Positions 54,240 to 64,000 of a DNA stretch of 64,000 nucleotides are shown here, one piece after another. The stretch covers positions 2,080,001-2,144,000 of the forward strand of contig OZ001293.3 of NCBI GenBank assembly GCA_963921275.4, in the 5' to 3' direction. The position numbers were made by a program, and so were the translations under genes. The DNA comes from an uncultured Hormoscilla sp. GTDB taxonomy: Bacteria > Cyanobacteriota > Cyanobacteriia > Cyanobacteriales > Desertifilaceae. The notes beneath the pieces are model-generated. The model ran no database searches, was not told the DNA's origin, and was given only the letters and a program-made list of their open reading frames with translations. Within the stretch, counting starts at the first letter, position 1. The number at the start of each line of letters is the position of its first letter.

Positions 54240-56713
54240 ATGTCTACGGAACTGGAAACGGAATTACAAACAGAAGTCGATCGCAGGCGCAATTTTGCGA
54301 TAATTTCTCACCCGGACGCGGGGAAGACCACCCTGACAGAAAAGCTGCTACTTTATGGAGGTGCGATCCACGAGGCGGGGGCGGTGAAGGCGAGGGCCCA
54401 ACAGCGCCGCGCTACTTCTGACTGGATGGCGATGGAACAACAACGGGGTATTTCGATCACTTCGACGGTGTTGCAGTTGTGCGATTCGTTCTAGTCTAAC
54501 GTAGTCAAATACGGAACACTAGGCCAGGTCCAAACTGGTAACTCTGGTATTCATGGGGGTTAAATTCCCTCTCCCCAGGTACGGGGGTAACACCGGTCCT
54601 TAGTGCTATAGAGTCACATCGCTGTGGTGCGAAGCAAGGACTTAAATGTAGGATAGCTGGCAGCCTAAGCCAGTGACGCCGCTAGGAAAGATGCTCAAGG
54701 TTAGAGCAGGCAAACCTGTGTAAACTTCGTTACACCGAACCAGCGGAATAAGGCTTATACGCTGGCCCAAAAGGGAAATGGTAGTTAGTGCTGGTAGTAT
54801 CTGCTTGCCAGCATCGTGCTCAAAGAACTCCCGGAGGAAAGCAGGAACCTAAAAGCATCGCGAAATGATACCAGGGAACGAAGTAACCTCTCGTGTGCTG
54901 TCCTCATTTGGACTAGTTAGATGTAAAGCGTAAGCCACGGGGGGAGAGATAGCCCGAGAAGCTAATGCCTAGGGTAATGCCTATGGATACGTTGAGGAAT
55001 AGGTAAGGATGCCTCAACATGCAGACGCGGGTTGGTGAAAGTAGGAAATCTTGGGCAAAAGTATCTCTAACAAGCCCCAATACCTCGCGTAGCTGAGGTG
55101 GGATGACTGGTAAAACAGACTTGAAAATGGTAATACTAAAGGTTATCTGGCAGCGCCACTTACCAACCAGGAAAGGGGAGAAATCACACGAGATGAGGGA
55201 CAACGGGAGTAATCCCCAGTAATCCTAGCAATGACAAGGCCCTACTTCCCAGTAGCCGGATGCGGTGAAAGTCGCATGTCCGGTTCCGAATGGGAGGGTT
55301 GGGGGGTGACCCCCAGTTCGACCCCTAATTGCTTATCTTAACTGTCAGATTAATCTCCTGGATACTCCCGGTCACCAGGATTTTAGTGAAGATACTTATC
55401 GAACTCTGGCGGCGGCGGATAATGCGGTGATGCTGGAGGATGCTGCTAAGGGTTTGGAACCTCAGACTCGCAAGCTGTTTGAAGTTTGCCGCATGCGCAA
55501 AATCCAGATTTTTACTTTCTTTAATAAGCTCGATCGCCCTACCCGCGAACCCCTGGAACTCCTGGATGAAATCGAGCAGGAACTGGGTCTGCAAACTTAC
55601 CCGACTAATTGGCCGATCGGGACGGGCGATCGCTTTAAGGGGGTGTTCGATCGCCGTCGGAGGCAAATCCACTTATTTGAGCGCAACCCCCACGGTAGGC
55701 GGGAAGCTAAAGATACGGTAGTGGATTTGGGGGATCCCCGCGTGGAGGATTTGTTAGAGCAAGACCTCTATTACCAACTGAAAGAGGATTTAGAACTCTT
55801 GGAAGGGTTGGGGGCAGAATTTGACTTGGAGGCCATCCATGCAGGTCAAATGACTCCCGTTTTCTGGGGTAGCGCTATGACTAATTTCGGGGTCCGGCTT
55901 TTCCTGGATGCTTTCCTGGAATATGCTCTCAAACCCGGCGATCGCAAGAGTAGCGCGGGGATGATGCCACCCAGTTATCCTGAGTTTACGGGTTTTGTGT
56001 TTAAGCTGCAAGCGAATATGGACCCGAAACATCGCGATCGGGTAGCGTTTGTGCGGGTTTGTACGGGCAAGTTTGAGAAGGACATGACGGTCAATCATGC
56101 CCGCACTGGCAAGACGGTGCGTCTCTCCCGACCGCAGAAATTGTTTGCCCAGGACCGGGAATCTGTAGAGGTAGCTTATCCCGGGGATGTGATCGGTTTG
56201 AATAATCCGGGGGTGTTTGCCATTGGGGACAGTATCTACACCGGGAAGAGGATAGAGTACGAAGGGATTCCCTGTTTTTCTCCGGAACTGTTTGCTTACT
56301 TGAAAAATCCCAATCCTTCTAAGTTCAAGCGATTTCACAAAGGGATTTCCGAATTGCGAGAGGAAGGGGCCGTACAAATTATGTATTCGGCGGATGAATC
56401 TAAGCGCGACCCCATTCTGGCGGCGGTGGGACAATTGCAATTTGAAGTGGTGCAGTTCCGGATGCGGAGCGAGTATGGGGTGGAAACTTTGCTGGATATG
56501 TTACCCTATTCTGTTGCTCGTTGGGTTGTTGGTGGTTGGGATGCTTTAGAAAAGGTCGGGCGTTTGTTTAATACCGTTACGGTAAAAGATAACTGGGAAC
56601 GTCCGGTATTGTTGTTTAAGAATCAGTGGAATTTGGACCAGATCCAATCAGAATATAAGGATTTGCTTCTGAATGCGATCGCCCCTGTGGTGTCGGGTCA
56701 GGAACCTACATAG
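54240..56713 (+). CDS. prfC: Peptide chain release factor 3 (exons 54240-54478 and 55330-56713)
   Basis: [17 protein letters not shown]...[33 protein letters not shown] after splicing; [10 protein letters not shown]. Confidence 0.95.
54479..55329 (+). mobile_element. ORF-less group II intron (851 nt) in prfC, sense orientation
   Basis: GTGCG start; domain V AGCCGGATGCGGTGAAAGTCGCATGTCCGGTTC; ends CCCCTAAT; precise excision restores the frame. Confidence 0.95.
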
Positions 56714-56859
56714 CGACCAGGCCCGAACCCGTTCCCAGGCGGGGGCCAGGGAACGGGGGGTCCGGCTATAAGAACAAAGCCCGCTTGCGCGGGCTGAATT
56801 GCATTCTTGATATACACCCGCAACAACGAAACAAAGAACAAACCAAAGAATTGTGAAAT

Positions 56860-57150
56860 ATGATGTCTACACAAACTCAAACTAAGTCACCTAGCATTAC
56901 TCTAACGCTGAGTCAGGAACACAAACAAAAGCTAGAGAAAGCTGCTGCCATGCGGTGTTTGACTCTAAGTGAGTACTTACTTCAGCTTGCCTTGGATGCT
57001 GCAACAGAGGAAATCCCCGAACCAGAACCAATAGTTTTGAGCGATCGGGGCTGGGAAATATTTGAGTCAGCACTTTTAAGTCCGCCTGCTGCTAACGAAG
57101 CCTTGAAAGCGGCGATTAAAGAGCATCAGGAAGAATATGGGAAGTGGTAA
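56860..57150 (+). CDS. DUF1778 family antitoxin
   Basis: KLEKAAA....TLSEYLL..AL.AA...I.LSDR..E.F..ALL.PP..N.AL. Confidence 0.85.
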   Translation: MMSTQTQTKSPSITLTLSQEHKQKLEKAAAMRCLTLSEYLLQLALDAATEEIPEPEPIVLSDRGWEIFESALLSPPAANEALKAAIKEHQEEYGKW

Positions 57151-57153
57151 ACT

Positions 57154-57657
57154 ATGAAATGGATTTTTATTCCTATAGATGGCGGTATCAACAGGGATAA
57201 TTTTGACTGCGGTGTTTCCGAACTGAATGAATATCTGAAAATCTACGCTAAACAGAACTATAGGAAAGGAATAGCTACGACTTTTGTGGCTATTCCAGAA
57301 ACTGGAAACTGCGAGGTCGGAGGTTATTATTCTGTCAGTATGTCTGAATTTCAACGCGAACAATTACCCCAAGTTTACCGCTGAGGATTGCCCCGCTATC
57401 CTGTTCCAGCTATGCGTATAGGTAAATTGGCTGTAGATAGAGCGATGCAGGGTGAAGGATTGGGCAAAATATTATTGATGGAGTGCTTTCGCAAAGCTGT
57501 TCGTCTTTCCTCAGAGGTGGGGATATTTGCAATTGCAGTTGATGCTTTGAATGAAGAGGTAAAGGCATTTTATTTGAAATATGGCTTCACTCCCTTAGAA
57601 GATAATCAACTCTCTCTTTTTATTCCCGTGAGAACGGTATTAGCAGTTGTTGAATAG
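57154..57657 (+). pseudogene. GNAT acetyltransferase toxin with in-frame TGA at 57382
   Basis: FDCGVSELNEYL...R*GLPRYPVPA.RIGKLAVD...QG.GLG..LL...AFYLKYGF. Confidence 0.85.
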
Positions 57658-57836
57658 ATGAGCGTTCCTGCTTCCGGCAAAGTAAATAAATGTAGGGCAG
57701 GCGATCGGCACTGTATATACGTTATAATAATTAACAAGCGTTAGTTATACTGAAGGAAAAATTTGGCAAAAAATATGCTCGGCAGAATGCTAGATTAGAT
57801 AATATTATCTGGTAAAGTAAGAAGGGGAGGTAGCAA

Positions 57837-58166
57837 TTGTATATACCTGGTAAAGATATCATAATTCCGAAACTAGAGGTAGATGGAAACGCGATCGCGG
57901 ATTTCTGCTGCAAGTGGAAAGTCACCGAATTCGCCCTATTTGGATCTATTCTCCGGGATGATTTTCGCCCAGACAGTGACGTAGACGTGCTAGTGAGTTT
58001 TTCCCAGGATGCAAAATGGAGTCTCTTTGATATAGTTAGGATGCAACGAGAACTCAAAACTTTATTTGGTCGCGAGGTAGATTTGGTCCAAAAGTCTGGT
58101 TTAAGCAATCCTTCCGACGTTATGAAATCCTCAGAACTAAAAAGGCGATATATACCACTCAGTAAC
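57837..58166 (+). pseudogene. Minimal nucleotidyltransferase (MNT) antitoxin, frameshifted near its 3' end
   Basis: ALFGSILRDDFRPDSDVDVLV...LFGREVDLV; NP(F)RR end frameshifted; no HEPN partner follows. Confidence 0.7.
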
Positions 58167-58498
58167 GGGTGTGGTCAAAAGTGGTTGATAGAACGGATTT
58201 TGCGATCCTATTGTAGGGGCGAAGCATTGCGGCAATAAAATTTGATCCCCACCCACAATTAATGTTCCGCAATGCTTCGCCCGGTCCCCACCCGAGATCA
58301 TAACGAACAGTCCCCACCAGATCGCCCTTAATTTGTGTCATAGCATTGTACGGTGGGCTTGTCGCACTCGGTATCGCCGTGTGCATTTTCCGAATATAAA
58401 TTATCGGTTTGTTGACTCTTGTATCGCTCCTTAGCTTCGCCCCTACAGGTGGGTAATCTGTATGCAAATTCATTTCCCAACGGGTTTTGACCACACCC
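58167..58498. mobile_element. 332-bp MITE
   Basis: 14-bp perfect IRs GGGTGTGGTCAAAA / TTTTGACCACACCC; 9-bp target duplication CTCAGTAAC. Confidence 0.88.
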
Positions 58499-58605
58499 CT
58501 CAGTAACCGATAAGATAAAAATGAGATCGCCCTTTCATGAATATGCTTGACAAAATTGAGTCATATGTGTAGATTAGTAATTGGCAGCTATGCAAAAGGT
58601 AAAGC

Positions 58606-58847
58606 ATGAACAAAGTTGTGACCCTAGAGGAAGTTATGGAAGTGGCGCAGCAGCTTTCCCTGGTGGACAAGGTGCGCTTGATTGAGAAAATTGCTCCTCA
58701 GATAGAACGGGAGTTGCAGGTAGTAGGTACTGAGTCTCAACCGCGTAAATCTCTGCGTGGTTATGGCGAGGACTTGATATAACCGAGGAAGATATTGCTG
58801 AGGCGCGACAGCAAATGTGGGGAAATTTCTCAAGAGAGGATATCTGA
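58606..58847 (+). pseudogene. Putative antitoxin of the downstream VapC, frameshifted
   Basis: TLEEV...QLSLVDKVRLIE...PRKSLRG / DITEEDIAEARQQMWGNF; TGA overlaps the vapC ATG. Confidence 0.65.
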
Positions 58848-59248
58848 TGCTAGATGCTGTAACTGATACTCATGCTTTAATTTGGTATTTGGAAGATAGT
58901 TCACGCCTTGGTGATGTAGCGAATCAGACTTTTGCCGCTTGCGATCGAGGAGAGATTGTCATTTACGTTCCTACAATATGCCTGGAGGAAATAGTATATT
59001 TACAAGAGAAAAATCGCATCCCGGCTGATTTTAAGGATCACCTAGATGCTGAGTTGCAGAGTGGAACTAGCGGTTTAGTTATAGCCAATCTAACGGCTGA
59101 AATAGTTGAGGTGATGGCGACAATTCCACGTTCCATTGTTCCTGATATGCCTGACCGAATTATTGCTGCCACTGCCACTCATCTTGGTTTGCCACTCATC
59201 AGCAGGGATGGCAGAATTCAATTGTCTGCTGTGAATACTATCTGGTAA
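58847..59248 (+). CDS. VapC-like PIN domain toxin
   Basis: DTHALIWYL, E, PDMPDRIIAATA..LGLPLISRD. Confidence 0.88.
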   Translation: MLDAVTDTHALIWYLEDSSRLGDVANQTFAACDRGEIVIYVPTICLEEIVYLQEKNRIPADFKDHLDAELQSGTSGLVIANLTAEIVEVMATIPRSIVPDMPDRIIAATATHLGLPLISRDGRIQLSAVNTIW

Positions 59249-59680
59249 GGTCCGGTGGGAAAAGCCCGATCGCCCCTGTGCTTTCAGGTCAAGAACCGAC
59301 ATACTGATTTTAGATGGATTTTCATAGAGTAGTATTTTGGACCTCGATTCCCTAGCTGCGCGATCGCTATTATCAGTGTAGCAGATTTAGGGAAGATGCA
59401 GAGGGTTTCCGTGTATCGTCAAATCCCGGGGTGGAGAGAAGGCGATCGCCTATCCCGTGCGATCGATTGGAACCGAAATGTTACTCGCCGCCCTAGGACA
59501 TCAAGTATAAGCTAGAAACCGGGTTTCCTGTGCTGCTATCAATGATATCTCTATGCTCTGAGCAGAGAAACCCGGTTTCTTCACCGACTCTCTCGCCCTC
59601 GCCTCTGGGCAGTTATTGGGCAGATGGGGGCGCTTCAGAAGAGCGATCAGCACTTCTATAGTGACCCCAGTGCTGTTACT

Positions 59681-62463
59681 CTAATTGTCAGCCTCACTCT
59701 TTGCGCTAATTCCCTGATCGAAAATTGTCAAATCAATATTTTCTACATTAACCCAATGACAGCCATCAATCTTCGCACCTTTAAGTTTGGCATTATTAAA
59801 ATTTACATCGTTAATTGTTGTATATTCAAAAACCGCTTCTTGAAGATTAGCCTTCTCGAAATTGGCGTGTTGAATTATGGCATAGTCAAAACTTGCATCT
59901 TGAAGATTAGCCTTCTCGAAATTGGCGTGTTGAATTATGGCATAGTCAAAACTTGCATCTTGAAGATTAGCCCCCTCGAAATTGGCGTGTTGAATCAAGA
60001 CATAGTCAAAACTTGCTCCTTGAAGACTTGCGCCGTCAAAATTTGTGCTCTTAAGAATCCCATTATCTAGAATCGCACCCTCAATATTTACCATTGCCAA
60101 ATCTGCTCCATAAAAATCGCTGTGTTCGAGGATGCATTCTTGTAGGTCTAAAAAACTAAGGCACTTTAGGAAAAACGGCTTTAAAAAGCTGTGTTTTCCC
60201 CTTGGAGCCTTGCCATCCAAGCTCCAAACGCAGCACTATCGGGCCATTGAATCTGAGAAATTGTTTCAGCCACCTGGGCACAGGCATTGAGTACCGCCAA
60301 TAAAGCTTCCTCGGCATTGCGAGCTTGGCGGCTTTCTTCCCGGTAAGCTGGTCTGGGGTCTAAGCGTTCCGTCGGCATCCCATGATGCAACATAAATCCC
60401 GTCAACTGACTGAGATCCTGCTGCCATTTGCTCACCTCCGAGATATCCTGCAACCGGATTTCATCGACAATAAAGGCAAACAAGTATTCGTCCATAATTG
60501 AGGGACCGCACAAGGTTGCCCAGCGCGTTAAGGCTTGTCGCTCGTCCCAGCCATCGTCGGGCTCCTGCTGCCGACGGTCTAGCTGCCTATGGATGCGCCG
60601 AACTGCCCGCTCTATCCGTTTGGCGGTCAGATATTCGCCGAAACTCTTGTGGGTAAATTCAAAAGTTTTCTCCCCTTCCGTAGAAGCTCCGCTCTCTCGA
60701 AAATAAAAAACGATTAACAGGCGCGTGACTCCGACCTTCGCTTCCTCTTGAACTTTTTTTAAAGGGTCTTTCAGACCACTGCGATCGCAATGGGTTTCAA
60801 TTTCTTTAACCGTCGTAGTGCGTCCGTCCCCATGCCAGGATGCCAGACCGATTTCTTCGAGAATGCGGACAAAGTCATTTTCTTCCACCCCCTTCAGGGC
60901 CGGATGTTGATCGCTAGCCCAGCCCCGTTCGTACACTGCTTTCAGCAAGTCTTCATAAATGCTGTTAAGATTGCTCTCATCGGAGAACTGTATTTTTTCG
61001 CGCACAAAACTCAGAGCTACCAAGTAATTCAACAGCGGTTGCTTCGTAATTTCTACCAGATTTTCCCGGTCTAAATCTGGAGGCATTCCATCATATCCCC
61101 GACCGCTGGCTTCGCTGTAGTTTGCCCACCAATGCTGGCGATCGTCCCGCTCCAATAACTTCTCGGGGTCGAGATAATCTTTCTGTTCTTGCTTGGGTAT
61201 AAAATAGGGCAGGACATGCAATATTTGCTCGGTCTTGCGCAAGTTGCTAGTATTAGCCTGAATCGCTAGCTCCCGACCGGAGATTAAGACTTGCAGGCAA
61301 GTTTCGCGCCCATTAAAGCGATCCACTTTTTTCTGGACTTCCGACACAAAGTCGCGAGCAACTTCAGCGGCAATCTTGCCGGACATGGCTAATTCATCTA
61401 AACCGTCAAAGATAATCAGCAAGCGGGACTCGCCCTTTTCCCAGTCCAGAGGGTTCTGGGGCAGAAATCGGTCCTCACGGACAAATTTACCGATCGCATC
61501 TACCAAATCATCGGAGGGATCGAACAGGTGCAAGGGGACAAACAAGACCGGAATCGCACCAGTTTCGGCATGTTTGGCGGCCAACATTTTGGCAAAGGAA
61601 GATTTACCCGAGCCCGGTCCGCCACTAATAATGCGGATGGCATCCTTGCGATCCTTTTTCTCTAACCAAGCGTCGATTTCTTGGTGCAAGTCAACCACCA
61701 CCAGCTCGTATTTTTTGTCTGGGGCCAGTCCGGATTCAAAATCGTCCTCTTTTTGATTCTCGGGCTTGCGCTTGTAGTAGGCTCGCAGGGGCACGTACAC
61801 CTGCTTGAGGCTGAAGGCTTCGGCAAACATCGGTTCGTCCACCTGTTGTTGCAGCCAGGCTCCATAGCGCCGCCATCCCCGTTCCCGATCGCTCGCTTCA
61901 GTAAAAGGAGTCTGGAGGGCTTGTTGGAGGGAAGCGTAATCCTTAGATCCCCATTCCTCGTGGAGCGCAAAGACAAAATAACTCGGCAGGCGATCTGCGA
62001 TCGATCTAGCTTGGGCTTGGTTGAGACCAAAACCTTGCAACCACTGGGCCAAAGGTGTTTTAATGGGTTCCAGAATCGGTAAATCTTTCGGTCGCTGAAA
62101 GAACTCTGAGGTCAGGGTTAGCTCCATATCTTCCCAAGACAGGTTTAGGTCATTGCACAACTCCTTAAGTGCCCGATCGTCCAGTTTCTTTACCAGCAAA
62201 TCTTCATTAGACTGCACCAAAGCAAATATCGCCCGCTTCAGAGAGCTATAGATAAGCAGCCATGCAACTTGTCCCGGTTCGTTCTGCAACCCTAATGCCT
62301 TTAAGGCATCCATCAGACTTGTTTCAGCTACTAGCAAATTTCCCGAAAAGCCACCGAGTGCCCCCTTGCCTAGGGACCAAAACAAATCCTTGAAATTAAC
62401 CTGGATATTTTTATTCCAGACCTTCACCGGTTTGCTAACGGACAATTCTCCTTGATTGTTCAT
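59681..62463 (-). CDS. NACHT-type NTPase with C-terminal pentapeptide repeats; apparent frameshift near 60200
   Basis: GGPGSGKSS, LIIFDGLDEL, QPLLNYL, FEFTHKSFGEYL; second ORF with A(N/S)(F/L)xx repeats and a 60-bp DNA repeat overlaps in another frame. Confidence 0.8.
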
Positions 62464-62852
62464 CTTTCTCTAGCATTCCTCAATCAGTTGTCAAATCCTG
62501 TCAGAGTTCCCCAGCAAAAGCCCCGTGGGGTTAGCTCCCGGGTAGCCCTTACAGCTTGTATAAATTTTATCATAATCTAGAGCATCGGTCCAGTAGAAGC
62601 TAGAAACCGGGTAATGAGTGCCGCTATCAACTCCAGATCAATGGGTATGACTTCAGAAACCCGGTTTCTTGACCGACTAAAAGCCAGTTGCAGCGGAACA
62701 ATTGCGATCGGATATGCAGCTATCGTCCGAGAAATTACTCCAACTTCTGGAATCTCTGGTGAGGCGATCGCTCATTAACATCATTAAGCCAGCAAGCGAA
62801 ACCCTCTGTACCATTCCACCTGTGGTCAGGAAATATCTTAGAGAAGACGCCA

Positions 62853-63283
62853 CTAACTACTAGGCGAAATCAAAGCCATTGCTTGACTCATCACAACTTC
62901 AGGGTTGACCATCTGTGCCAATTCCTCGGCATCGTAGCGACCTGACGCCACCTCCAAAGAAGCTTTATCAAGGGCATCTTGGTAAACTTCTTCTAGAGTT
63001 AGGCGCAACTCTTCTGGTTTCAAGTAATAACCGCCTGTTTGGCGACGCTTATTCTTTCTCTGAATAGCCCTCGCTGAGTTTCTGATGGACAAATCCCAAG
63101 AACGAGTTGTACGATTTTCAGCTTGCTGCTTAATTAAATATAATAGCATAATGATGGCATAATCGCCAATAGCAGTAATTTTATCGTCGCGACTCATCTC
63201 TTCTAGTTCTGATGCGATCGCCAGGGCCCCTCTTTTATATCTCATTGTATCAGTAGGTCTTTGAGTTCCAGTAACTCTTCCAT
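62853..63283 (-). pseudogene. DUF29 family protein with stop and frameshift at the N-terminus
   Basis: MEELLELKDLLIQ*...ELEEMSRDDKI...LIKQQAENRTTRSWD.SIRNS. Confidence 0.7.
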
Positions 63284-63426
63284 AGTCAGTGCCAAATCTG
63301 GGTTCACTTATATTGTACCCTTCGTAGTAAGCGCTTTAGCGCTTGCCTGGGGATGCTCAAAATATAATTATCACAAAAAGCGATCGCGCCTCACTCTTCT
63401 CCTTCCCGTTCCAGCAAATCCTGTAA

Positions 63427-63741
63427 TTATGGCAATAGCAGAGGAATATCATTTTGGATAGTTTCCCACACTCTATCCAATTTTACTTGAAAATATTCGT
63501 GAGCTATCACATTCCGCATATCCCCCATTAAACGCCAAGGAATATTGGGATAGCGTGATTTAATCTCATGAGGAACGTTTAGGGCAGCTTCACCGATAAT
63601 CATCAAGTCGTACAGAACAGATTTCGCTATTGTATCATCTGCTTGGAATTCCTCAAATGTCATGTCAATTGTACTGCGCTGAATTCCGGACACAGATTGG
63701 ATAATATCTTGAATGCGTTGCTTCCAGTCTCTAGATGGCAT
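63427..63741 (-). CDS. HepT/DUF86 HEPN toxin
   Basis: IIGEAA, IPWRLM.DMRNVIAHEYF (RX4HXY). Confidence 0.88.
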   Translation of the reverse strand: MPSRDWKQRIQDIIQSVSGIQRSTIDMTFEEFQADDTIAKSVLYDLMIIGEAALNVPHEIKSRYPNIPWRLMGDMRNVIAHEYFQVKLDRVWETIQNDIPLLLP

Positions 63742-64000
63742 GAATTACGTCCTCCAAAACCGGTTCTCGCAAATGTTCCTTCAAAGCCTTCTTCGTTCCT
63801 AAATCCACAGGACAATCTAGGATATCCTCTAAATAATATTGTATCTCCAATAATCTCAAATATCCAACTGAGTCATCGAACTCCGCTAAAAAGTCTATAT
63901 CGCTATCGGGAGTCGCTTCATTCCGCGCCACTGAACCAAACAAGTCTAAAGATTTTACTCCCATTGCTTGCAACTTTTCCCGATGGGCTGCTATAATAGC
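63731..64000 (-). CDS. MNT antitoxin, 5' end off the window
   Basis: LFGSVARNEATPDSDIDFL...VDLGT; overlaps the HEPN gene. Confidence 0.88.
   Translation of the reverse strand, partial: AIIAAHREKLQAMGVKSLDLFGSVARNEATPDSDIDFLAEFDDSVGYLRLLEIQYYLEDILDCPVDLGTKKALKEHLREPVLEDVIHAI

Noticed and set aside
57382..57384. In-frame TGA in the GNAT toxin as selenocysteine or programmed readthrough
   Set aside because: Position fits a CGA-to-TGA mutation, and the region is rich in ordinary nonsense lesions

Overview
Chromosomal window from a filamentous cyanobacterium: the HIP1 octamer GCGATCGC is abundant, with heptamer STRR-type repeats, REP-like palindromes and an NtcA box. Its main feature is a ~14.3 kb patellamide-type cyanobactin (RiPP) cluster, patA-B-C-D-E-F1-F2-G, sitting inside the urea-transport operon between urtC and urtD. 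The precursor carries three identical, unusually short SSCIC cores. The cluster is decaying: patC has an antisense ORF-less group II intron plus a nonsense codon, patD has a frameshift plus an IS982-type element, and patF2 is frameshifted. The window also holds a small group II intron family: one RT/HNH-encoding intron with a premature stop, two ~860-nt ORF-less introns whose EBS1/EBS2 loops match their own different target sites (one precisely interrupts prfC in sense orientation), and a 5' fragment. Other items are an orphan Afp10/Pvc10-like injection-system spike-tip gene, tRNA-Gln followed by three 78-bp tandem partial copies, several MITEs, toxin-antitoxin pairs with a NACHT-pentapeptide gene, housekeeping genes (rimO-crhR, xseAB, nurA-like, rbp3-like) and about 20 pseudogenes. 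All family assignments come from motif recognition by eye; no searches were run.
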